DNA of 64,000 nucleotides from a bacterium (lineage in GTDB: Bacteria > Verrucomicrobiota > Verrucomicrobiia > Limisphaerales > RI-55), in NCBI GenBank assembly GCA_031362805.1, contig JANLTG010000034.1:5553-69552 (forward strand). The letters are read 5' to 3'. Within the stretch, counting starts at the first letter, position 1. Every line of letters starts with the position of its first letter. Shown piece by piece: positions 34,577-43,600 of this stretch. The notes beneath the pieces were generated by a model, which saw nothing but the letters and a program-made list of their open reading frames with translations, was not told the DNA's origin and did not search any database. Both the position numbers and the translations under genes were made by a program.

Positions 34577-37558
34577 TCAATCCACGAAGGCGAACTCGTT
34601 CGCGAGCAGGAGCACTTGCGCGTATTGCTCCCACGGTTCGAGGTAGTCGGGTGCCGGCATCGGGCCCGTGAATTCGGGCTTGGCTTCCCAGCGCCTTTCG
34701 GCCGTCACGATCGAAGGCTCCCAAAGGAACTGGTCGCTGTTCAGATTGTCGCCGATGTCCACGATGAAGTCGAGCGTGTCGCCCGCCTCGACGGCGATGT
34801 TCTCCACGTTCATCTCGACATTCGTTTTGTGAACGGTGGCCGCCTTCAACTCGCCACTGCGACTCGCCACTACGAACGCGCGGATGCCATCGCCCTGCTC
34901 GGGTTCGTGCTTGAGCAGGCCGGTGATGTTCACCGTCGCCGTGCGCGGTGCGGTCCAACGGCGCACGCAGGCGCGGGCGCGGGTGTTGCCGGGATGTCCG
35001 CCGACGGCGGTGAGTTGCGCCCAGCCGGTTTCGCCACCGGGCCAGGCTTCGGCCCCTTGCCAGGCAGTGCCATTGTAGTGGGGCAGGGCCGTGAATGATT
35101 TCAATTGCTTGGCCACGCCATCGTATTCGCCCGTGCCGTAGCTCCATTGGGTTTCGGGTGGCTTGGGCGGGGGCGGCGGCTGTTCGGCTTTGGCCGCCGC
35201 CACAAACCGCATCGCACCCGCCACCTCCGTGTGACTGGCCGCGCGCTGGTAGAGCGCCTGATGAATTCGTTGCACTCGATCCGCCGGCGATGAATCAGCG
35301 AAGCGTCCCGCCAGCGCCCGGGCGCGACTCGCGGCAAAGCTGCCGTTCAGGAAGAAGAGCGCCTGCTGGGGCACGGTCGTTTCATGCCGCACCGCGACGT
35401 GGATGTCGGGATTCGCGAAGTCAAAGGTGCGGAACGTGCCCGGGAGAAACTGGCGATCCACGTAAGCATAAACCGTCCGCCGTTTGTTGCCGGCTTCGAG
35501 TAATTGAAGTGGCTTGCCGCCGGTCGCGAGATCGAGTTCGCCGCTGACCGACTGCATCGCGTCGCGGACCGCCTCGAACTCAAGCCGACGAATCGGGTAG
35601 TGCGCGAGCAACCGGTTGTCGGGATCGCTGGCCGCCAGCGACCGGCCGATCGCGGTATCACTCGTCGCCGATGCCTGTTGATAAACGGCACTTGAAAGAA
35701 TGAGCCGGTGCATCGCCTTCACGCTCCAGCCGTCCGCCAAGAAGCGACGTGCGAGCCAGTCGAGCAGTTCGGGATGGCTGGGCTTCTCCGCGCGTAGGCC
35801 GAAGTCACTCGGCGTCTTCACCAGCCCGGCGCCGAAATGATGCTGCCAGATGCGGTTCACCATGACGCGCGCGGTCAACGGGTTGTCGTTGCACGCGATG
35901 GCGCGGGCCAGTTCCAGCCGGCCGCTGCCTTCCTGAAATGGTTTCCGATCGGCACCGCTGATCAGGCCCACGAATTGCCGGGGCACTTCTTCACCCAGCC
36001 GCGAAGCGCTGCCGCGGATGAAGATGCGCGGGCTCGGCTCGGGCGGGCGATCGGCGAGCACCAATGCGGCAGGGGCGTTCAACTCGATCAAGCGCCGCTC
36101 CACTTCGCCCTGCATTTTCCACAAGGCATCGCCAATTGGGGCGGGAAAGAACTGGTCGTTGCCGACAATGCCGGTCTCCGGAACGACCATGGGCGAGTTA
36201 GGATCGCGCAGGAAAGCGCGCAGTCCGGCCGCGCCCGGATCGTCCGGCTGTTTCTCGGCGCGTGCGAAAAGTTCACCATAGCGTTGCGCCGTTTCCGTCA
36301 TCGACTCGGGCGCCGATGAGAAAGCCGCGACGACCAGCGGATTGAACTTTCCGCTCGCCAGCGCGCGCTCAAGCGCAGCTTGGGCACCGGTCTTGAACTC
36401 TGCCGCGGGCAATTTCGCCAGCACCTGCCACGGGCCAAAGATCGGATGCGCCGCGTCCACGGAGGTGTAGAGATAGTCGCGCCACCGCCGAACGGAGGCG
36501 GGGATGATGTCCTCGGACCCAAGTATCTGATCGAAACCTTCTTCAGGATATTTCTGCATCTCGAACTGCGCAGCGAGGTAGTCGCCCACCCGCGCGCGCA
36601 ATCGCTCGCCCGCTTCGTCACGGCGCTTCGCCATTTCCTCCGCGAGCTTCTGCCGGCGTTTCGCAAGTTCCTCGTCCTGCTCTGCGCCCAGCGGAATCAA
36701 CCGGTCGTCCGCTCCGTGGAAAACCCCGTAGAGCGAGTAGTAATCCGCCGTCGGGATCGGGTCATACTTGTGATCGTGACAGCGCGCGCACGCGACGGTG
36801 AGCGCCATCGTGCCCCGCGTCACGACGTCGATTCGATCATCGATGATGTCGTGCGTGACGCCGATGAACCGTCGTCCGCCGGTGATGAAGCCCATCGCTG
36901 CTAGGTCGGGCGACCCCACGGGCAGCAACTGGTCGCCGGCAATCTGCAACTGAAGAAACCGGTCGTAGGGCAGGTCCTCGTTGAACGCGCGGATGACCCA
37001 GTCACGATACGTTGAGGAATGGACGAAGCGCCGTTCCTCGCGATCATAAACATAGCCCTTGGTGTCTGAATACCGGGCGACGTCCAGCCAGTGCCGCCCC
37101 CAGCGCTCGCCGTAACGAGTGCTGGCAAGCAACCGCTCGATCAGCGCCTGGATAGCTTCATCGCGATCATCCGCCGCCGCTTTCTCGAATTGCCCGACCT
37201 CTGCGAAAGTTGGCGGCAGGCCGGTCAGATCGAAGCTCATGCGCCGGATCAGCGTCCGCAGATCCGCCGCCGGTGCGGGCGCAACGCCAGCGTCTTTGAG
37301 TCGGGAGAGAATGAACCGATCGATGTCCGTCTTCACCCAGCGCTGATTTTTCACGGCCGGCGGTGTCACGGCGCGCGGCGGATGAAACGCCCAGTGATCC
37401 AGCGCGTTCGCCGGCGGTTTGGTTTCGGCCTGACCATGAGCCACCAGGCACAGCAGCAACAACAGCGCGCGGAGGAACGGGCCGATTGCCAACGGTCCCG
37501 ACGCGGCTGGAGCGGTTGAGCTTTGATTGCCGGACTTCATTTCGCTGTGGTTGACCAA
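34577..37558 (-). CDS. DUF1549/DUF1553 (PSD1) domain protein with a C-terminal extension
   Basis: Signal peptide ...LLLLLCLVAHGQA. The DUF1549 region is DHWAFHPP...WVKTDIDRFILSRLKDAGV...LIRRMSFDLTGLPPT. The DUF1553 region is ...CARCHDHKYDPI...VNRIWQHHFG. The protein ends LLLANEFAFVD. No N-terminal CxxCH cytochrome domain was seen. Confidence 0.8.
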   Translation of the reverse strand: MVNHSEMKSGNQSSTAPAASGPLAIGPFLRALLLLLCLVAHGQAETKPPANALDHWAFHPPRAVTPPAVKNQRWVKTDIDRFILSRLKDAGVAPAPAADLRTLIRRMSFDLTGLPPTFAEVGQFEKAAADDRDEAIQALIERLLASTRYGERWGRHWLDVARYSDTKGYVYDREERRFVHSSTYRDWVIRAFNEDLPYDRFLQLQIAGDQLLPVGSPDLAAMGFITGGRRFIGVTHDIIDDRIDVVTRGTMALTVACARCHDHKYDPIPTADYYSLYGVFHGADDRLIPLGAEQDEELAKRRQKLAEEMAKRRDEAGERLRARVGDYLAAQFEMQKYPEEGFDQILGSEDIIPASVRRWRDYLYTSVDAAHPIFGPWQVLAKLPAAEFKTGAQAALERALASGKFNPLVVAAFSSAPESMTETAQRYGELFARAEKQPDDPGAAGLRAFLRDPNSPMVVPETGIVGNDQFFPAPIGDALWKMQGEVERRLIELNAPAALVLADRPPEPSPRIFIRGSASRLGEEVPRQFVGLISGADRKPFQEGSGRLELARAIACNDNPLTARVMVNRIWQHHFGAGLVKTPSDFGLRAEKPSHPELLDWLARRFLADGWSVKAMHRLILSSAVYQQASATSDTAIGRSLAASDPDNRLLAHYPIRRLEFEAVRDAMQSVSGELDLATGGKPLQLLEAGNKRRTVYAYVDRQFLPGTFRTFDFANPDIHVAVRHETTVPQQALFFLNGSFAASRARALAGRFADSSPADRVQRIHQALYQRAASHTEVAGAMRFVAAAKAEQPPPPPKPPETQWSYGTGEYDGVAKQLKSFTALPHYNGTAWQGAEAWPGGETGWAQLTAVGGHPGNTRARACVRRWTAPRTATVNITGLLKHEPEQGDGIRAFVVASRSGELKAATVHKTNVEMNVENIAVEAGDTLDFIVDIGDNLNSDQFLWEPSIVTAERRWEAKPEFTGPMPAPDYLEPWEQYAQVLLLANEFAFVD

Positions 37559-37707
37559 GGCTGGTCTTGCCCAATTGGAACGTCAAGTCGCCGGGAGGGG
37601 ACTGAATCGTTCCGTCGCAGCCCAACGCGCGGGAGGAACGCACGCTAGCGCCTTCATTTCTGACGGGGCCTTGTTCGGCGACCGCCAGATTTCCGTTCGT
37701 CGTTCGG

Positions 37708-39537
37708 CTATGGCGCGACGGCTATCCAATTCACGGCCGAGTTGGGTGGCGCGTTGTTACTGCGGATATAGCGAACGGCGCTGTCGGATACGAAAGCAAT
37801 TGCAGGCTGGCCCTGGACGACGGCTAGGCTGGCGCGTCCCTCGCAGGCCTCCACATCGTAGGGAGTGGTGAAGACGTAAGTTCCACCGGCGTCAAACGAT
37901 CCACCGTAGCGCAGGCGCGAGGCAGCCGAGATGGTCAGTCCTGGGCTTGCGCCAATCGCCGCGAAACTTGTCTTGAGCGACAATACTGGCTCGAACGCAG
38001 TAATGGCTTGCGAACTTCCCCACGCGGCCCCATTGGAATCAATGGCCCTCGCGAACATGACGCGCTTGTCGGGGTAGTTGATGCCCTGCGTCGCGACATA
38101 GCCAATCGCCGGCCAGCCACCGACTTCAATGAAACTCAGTTCACCGTGCGGGCCATCCCACGGACTGCCGGGATTGGGGTTCGAGACGGCAGTGGTTGGT
38201 GCCGGCCAACCCGTTCCGACCGCATCATTGGCGCGTGCGTAAAGGACCGTTCGCGTACCGCTGTCGAGCACCGCCACGGCCGGTCGGCCCGTTACTTCGC
38301 GCAGGGCCAGCGAACTCAGCGCGGAAAGGCCGGTAAAAGCCTTCTCCGCTGCAGTCCATAATGTCCCCTGCGGATCACTTGCCCGCTGAAACCGCACGGT
38401 GAGATCGCTTTGGCCGATCGCCAATGCGGGCGCTCCGTTCACCAACGCCAGCGCCAGAGGGTTTATGAAGGCGCCGGCGTCGGGCGCGTAGATTTGTACC
38501 GGCGTTGGCCACGAGTCACCTGCCGCGTCATTTGCCCGCACAAAGGAAACGCCGCCGCTCGCGTTGGCGAAAACTACCGCCGGTCGGCCGTCGACCTCGG
38601 TTAGGTCATGGATTCCGAGGTAGCCTGTCGCGAGAATCACAGGTGCCGCCCACGAGTTCCCGGTCACATCCAAGGCATGACTGTAGGCAAGTCCGATGGT
38701 TGAATTCACAATGGCCACCGCAGTCATGGCCGGTTGCCCGCCGATTACCCGCAGAATCGGGTCAAATGTTCCGGCGCTGCGCATGATCTCGACACCCACT
38801 GGGCCGACCGGAAGGGACGCGGTGAAGCCCGTGGTGGATTTAGATTTCACCAACAGCGGTCCCTTGGAGGCCAGTGCCAGATGCGGGGTATCGAGGGTCA
38901 ACGTCACCGATGGCGTGGTCGCAAACGGCACCGGGAAGGTGACGGACCGGTCCAGTCGCCGGGCGTTAAACTGTTGGAACAGGGAGCCGAAACTGGAATA
39001 CGAAATTGACCCGGCCTGGTACGGTTTCGCCAGTTCCGTCGGGCCTACGGTACCGGGTGCCAGTTGCGCCGCGCCCACTGCGCCGGCAGCGATCATTGCA
39101 CCTGTGATACTGCCGGGCGCAATCTGCCCCGGCGCAATGGGCCCGGTGAAATTTGCGGCGTGAATCGCGTAGGGCGCCGCGGTGACAGGTTGCCGCGGAC
39201 TCAACGAAGTGAAAACGGAACCGCCGGCCGGACGCACCCGCACCTCCAGCCAGCGATTGCCGCCGGTGAAGACGCCGCCTCCCATGTCCACCTGCGCAGA
39301 AAACAATCCGTTGCTCACTACCACATCCGGCAAAATCGTCGTCGTCCCGACCAATAGCCCGCCCGATGGTGCATTATACGCCACGAAAACAAAATCATGC
39401 GGGCCATTTGCCGGCGCTCCGTTTTCATGGAGCACGCCCTGATAGGTAAACGATGACGATTGGGCGGGCGCACTCGCCGCAACCAGCATCGAAGCGGCAG
39501 CGGCCAGGACGTGTAGGGAAAAGAAGTTCGTTTTCAT
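37708..39537 (-). CDS. Secreted repeat protein: tail-fibre-like N-terminal module plus propeller-like repeats of about 45 aa
   Basis: The track ORF is 37708-39651. The ATG at 39537 gives MKTNFFSLHVLAAAASMLVAASAPAQS. The N-terminal module is FTYQGVLHENGAPANGPHDFVFVAY...RWLEVRVRP...LSPRQPVTAAPYAIHA, then GxIxxGAxxxAQLAPGTVG-type repeats. The C-terminal half has at least 5 repeats of G-(R/A/W/Q)-PA-(V/L/I)-x(10-20)-(F/Y)-x-R-(A/S)-x-D-x-x-G-x-x-W. Confidence 0.6.
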   Translation of the reverse strand: MKTNFFSLHVLAAAASMLVAASAPAQSSSFTYQGVLHENGAPANGPHDFVFVAYNAPSGGLLVGTTTILPDVVVSNGLFSAQVDMGGGVFTGGNRWLEVRVRPAGGSVFTSLSPRQPVTAAPYAIHAANFTGPIAPGQIAPGSITGAMIAAGAVGAAQLAPGTVGPTELAKPYQAGSISYSSFGSLFQQFNARRLDRSVTFPVPFATTPSVTLTLDTPHLALASKGPLLVKSKSTTGFTASLPVGPVGVEIMRSAGTFDPILRVIGGQPAMTAVAIVNSTIGLAYSHALDVTGNSWAAPVILATGYLGIHDLTEVDGRPAVVFANASGGVSFVRANDAAGDSWPTPVQIYAPDAGAFINPLALALVNGAPALAIGQSDLTVRFQRASDPQGTLWTAAEKAFTGLSALSSLALREVTGRPAVAVLDSGTRTVLYARANDAVGTGWPAPTTAVSNPNPGSPWDGPHGELSFIEVGGWPAIGYVATQGINYPDKRVMFARAIDSNGAAWGSSQAITAFEPVLSLKTSFAAIGASPGLTISAASRLRYGGSFDAGGTYVFTTPYDVEACEGRASLAVVQGQPAIAFVSDSAVRYIRSNNAPPNSAVNWIAVAP

Positions 39538-39717
39538 CGAAGGTTGGTTCCAGCGGCAGCGACAGTGCCCGCAAGCAGTAGCGCGGGAAAGTCTCGATTT
39601 GAAGTGAAGCCGGGGTGAATTGCTCTGCTTCAATCCCATTGGCGACGTCACCGCTCACGAATTCCGGGCAGGGGCAAAGTTTTTCAAAGAAAGTTTATAC
39701 AAAATCCCCGCCCTCGG

Positions 39718-40293
39718 GTGTCCTTTGGTCAGAGTTTGGATGCTGCTGAACAGTTGAACGGCCCGGAATGCCGGACCTTGTATGAGCGCAAAGCCGCGGA
39801 GTTGATCCTCTACGGCCGCGCGCTCGGGCTCACGCATGGCGAAGCCGAGGACGTTTTGCAGGAGACCTTCGTGGCGCTGCTGCGGCTGAGCGACTGGCCG
39901 GATCAGCCGGAGCACTATTGCGTGCGGGCTTATCGCAATCGCGCCCTGAACGCCCGGCGCAGTCTTTGGAATCGCCTGCGCCACGAGCTGGAATCCCGGC
40001 GCTGGTTCGAACGCGGCCCGGCCGAGTCGCCCTGGGAACGCGCGGCCATGCGTTGCCTGGCGACGCTGCCCGTCGAACAGCGCGAAGTCATCGTCCTCAA
40101 GATCTGGCACCAACATACGTTTGAGGAGATTGGCGCGTTGCTGGCCATCTCCCCAAACACCGCCGCCGGTCGCTGCCGTTACGGCGTTCAGAAACTCCGA
40201 ACCTGTCTCAAGCCCCATGAAATCGAACGACCTGAATCCCCTGGAATCACAGATGCGCTCCTGGACCCCGCGCCGCCCTTCGCCCGCGCTTGA
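39718..40293 (+). CDS. ECF-type RNA polymerase sigma factor (sigma-70 family, regions 2 and 4)
   Basis: GTG start. Region 2: GEAEDVLQETFVALL...YCVRAYRNRALNARR. Region 4: LPVEQREVIVLKIWHQHTFEEIGALLAISPNTAAGRCRYGVQKLR. Confidence 0.8.
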   Translation: MSFGQSLDAAEQLNGPECRTLYERKAAELILYGRALGLTHGEAEDVLQETFVALLRLSDWPDQPEHYCVRAYRNRALNARRSLWNRLRHELESRRWFERGPAESPWERAAMRCLATLPVEQREVIVLKIWHQHTFEEIGALLAISPNTAAGRCRYGVQKLRTCLKPHEIERPESPGITDALLDPAPPFARA

Positions 40294-40645
40294 GGAGCGG
40301 CTCTTCGGCGCTTCCCGCACGGCAAGCCGGGCGCGCGAGGCCCAAAGCCGTCGTCTGCCCGGATGGGGCTGGCTGGCACCCGTGGCCTGCGTCTTCATCG
40401 TGGTTCTGCAACTGGTCGCGCCGGAGGACGGCGCGCGGTTGGCGGGTGGGAACCGTGCGACGCCCGTTTTCGCCACCTTGAGCCTGAGCAACCGCACGCT
40501 GGTTACCCTCGCGCCCGGGTGGACGCACAGTGCCCGGAACAACGTCCACGGGGAGACTTTTGAATCGACAAACTGGACGACGGCCCCTTCTTCTATGCGG
40601 TCTTTGCCAGTCTTCCTGACATTGACCAACGGCTTGATCCAGTGA
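40217..40645 (+). CDS. Putative anti-sigma factor (single-pass membrane protein)
   Basis: The track ORF is 40121-40645. The ATG at 40217 (MKSNDLNPLESQMRSWTPRRPSPALEERLF) or at 40253 is possible, and either overlaps the sigma gene end (40293). One TM helix (WGWLAPVACVFIVVLQLV). The call rests on position after an ECF sigma gene and on topology only. Confidence 0.4.
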   Translation: MKSNDLNPLESQMRSWTPRRPSPALEERLFGASRTASRAREAQSRRLPGWGWLAPVACVFIVVLQLVAPEDGARLAGGNRATPVFATLSLSNRTLVTLAPGWTHSARNNVHGETFESTNWTTAPSSMRSLPVFLTLTNGLIQ

Positions 40646-40649
40646 CCCC

Positions 40650-43600
40650 ATGAGTAAGGAACCAACGAAACCCGCTGTCGGCGGCAAGGGCAGTCCCGCG
40701 CCAGTCGAACGCGCCCGACCAAACCCCGTGTCCCCGTCGCCAGCCGAGGCGGCCATTAATTCTCCGGCCGCGAAGAAGCCGCCTTTCTTCCGGGGTTGCG
40801 ACTGGGTCAGCTTCGCGCTCACCACGCTCCTGACGTTCGCCGGTTATTATCTCACCCTGGCGCCGGACCTGACGCTGGAGGATTCCGGCGAACTCGCAGT
40901 GGGCTCCTTTTACGCAGGAGTACCGCACCCGCCGGGCTACCCGGTGTGGACGCTTTACACGTGGCTCTTCACGGTGCTGGTGCCGGTTTCGAACATCGCC
41001 TGGCGCGTGGCGTTGTCCTCGGCCGTGGCCGCGGCGCTGGCGAGCGGGTTCCTGGCGCTGATCACATCCCGGGGCAGCAGCATGATTTTGGAGAGCATCG
41101 ATGCCTTCAAGAACATCGATCGCAAGGCCGAAAATCTCCTGTGCATCGTCTCCGGATGGGTGGCCGGCATGCTCATCGCCTTCAACGGCTACATGTGGAG
41201 CCAGGCCGTGATCGCCGAGGTGTACACACTCAGCGTGCTGTCATTGGTGCTGACATTCGTATTCCTGATGCGCTGGTTGTATGAGCCGGAAAAATCCCGC
41301 TGGCTGGCTTGGACCGGCTTTATGTTCGGCATCTGCTTCACCAATCACCAAACGCTGATCTGCGCCGCGATGGGCATCGAAGTGATGGTCGCCTTCGCGC
41401 GCCCTAAACTGGGTCGGTTGATCTTCCTGGTGAATGCGCTGTTCTACATGGGCGGCCTAATCCTCAAAGCCACGGGGACGATCAATTTGTTCGAGGGCAA
41501 CAAGCCCATCTTCATCATCTTCAACATCGTTGGCATCGCCTCGCTGCACGCCTTTCTGTGGATGTGCTCCCGCTTGAAGCTGCCGACGCGCGCCTGGCTG
41601 ACGGGGGTGCATGTGTTCATCAACCTGGTCCTTATCTGGGCGGCGCTGCGCCAGGGCTCGAATATTGGCGAAGTCACGCTCGCCCGCTGGATGCTCATGG
41701 TGAATCCCATTTTCATCTTCGCCACCTATGCCGTGCTGAAGATGTCCGACCTAGCGGAATGGGTCGTCACGGAATGGAAGCCGGTGATCACCGTCGTGCT
41801 TAGCGGTCTGGCGTGGATCGCGGGCGTCAGCTTCTACCTCTACATGCCGCTGGCCTCGATGACGAATCCGCCCATGAACTGGGGCTACCCCCGCACCGTG
41901 GAAGGGTTCATCCACGCGTTTACCCGCGGCCAGTACGAGAAGACCAACCCGACCGAAAGCGTCGGCAAATTCTTGGAGCAATGCTGGATGCTGCTCGAAG
42001 GCGCGATCGAGGAGTTCAGTCCGGTGTACCTGCTGATTGCGATCATCCCGTTCTTCTTCCTGATGCGGATGCGCCAGCGGGAACGGGCCTGGCTGATCGG
42101 TCAGGTGGCGATCTACGCCTGTCTTTCGCTGCTGCTGATCATTCTGTTGAATCCCAACTCGGACAAACAAAGCCGCGACCTGACCAAAGTGTTCTTCACC
42201 GCCTCGCACGTCTCGATTGCCATGTTCGTCGGCTACGGCTTCGCCTTGATTGCGGGCATGATGCAGACCGCCTATCGCCAGTATCGGGACTGGCTGCTCT
42301 ACGGCGGTGCCGTGGTGTCGGCCATCGCATTGTATGGCGTGGCCTGGGTGCTGATGAACACCGCCTATTCGTTGAACCAGTTCAATGCCTACTTCGGCTT
42401 CGGCATGATGGTCGCCTTGACCGCCGTCGTGCTGATCTTCCGCGAGCGAGCGCCGCTGGGCCTGTTCCTTGGTTTGGTGGCCATTACTCCCGCCTACATT
42501 GCCGCGGACCACTGGTCGGACAACGAGCAGCGCGGTCATCTGTTCGGCTGGTACTTCGGTCACGACATGTTCACGCCGCCCTTTACCGGCGCGGACAAGA
42601 AGCTGAGTTACGATCCGGCTGAACGCTTGAAGCTGCTCGCGGATCCCGAGCAGTCGAAGCTGGTTTATCCCGAGATGACGACGAATGCCGTGCTGTTCGG
42701 TGGCACCGACCCCGGCCGCTTCGCGCCGACCTACATGATCTTTTGCGAAAGTTTCATCAAGCCGGAGCAACGTCGGAACCCCAACTTCGATCGCCGCGAC
42801 GTTTATATCATCACGCAGAACGCGCTCGCGGATCACACCTACCTCAGCTACATCCGCGCGCATTACAATCGCAGCACGCAGAAGGACCCGCCGTTCTTCC
42901 AGGGGCTGCTCCTCTCGGCCCCGAATCGTGCTCTGCCGCCCGAGCAGCAATGGGCCATCGCTGACCGGCAGCTCCTGCCCAAGATGCTGCTGTTTAGAAC
43001 GGCCGACCGGATTTTCACCGACCTTGGCGCCAGGATCGAAGATAAGCGGCGCGCGGAAGGAGTCTACCCCCGGGTCGAGATCCGGACACCGACGCCGGCG
43101 GACAGCGCCCGCAGTTTCGAGGAATACCTGCAGGATGCCGGACGCCGCAAACAGTTGGGCCAACTGCGCCCCGGCGAAGTCGTGGACATCATCCCGATGC
43201 CCGGTGGCAATGACCGCATCCAGGTCGCGGGCCAGGTTTCGGTCATGGCCATCAACGGCATTCTCGCCAAGACCATCTTTGACCAGAACCCGACCAACGA
43301 ATTCTTCGTCGAGGAAAGCTTCCCGCTCGACTGGATGTTCCCGCATTTGACGCCGTTCGGGATTATCATGAAGATCAACCGCGAGCCGCTGTTGGAATAC
43401 ACCGAGGAAATCTTCCAGCGCGACCGCCACTTCTGGCAGGAATACTCCGACCGGCTGATCGGCAACTGGATCACGGAGGAAACCACGGTGGCGGAGATCT
43501 GCGAATTCGTGAAGCGAGTATACAAACGCCGCGACTATACCGGCTTCACCGGCGATCCAAAATTTGTCCGCGATGACCAGGCGCAGAAATCGTTTTCCAA

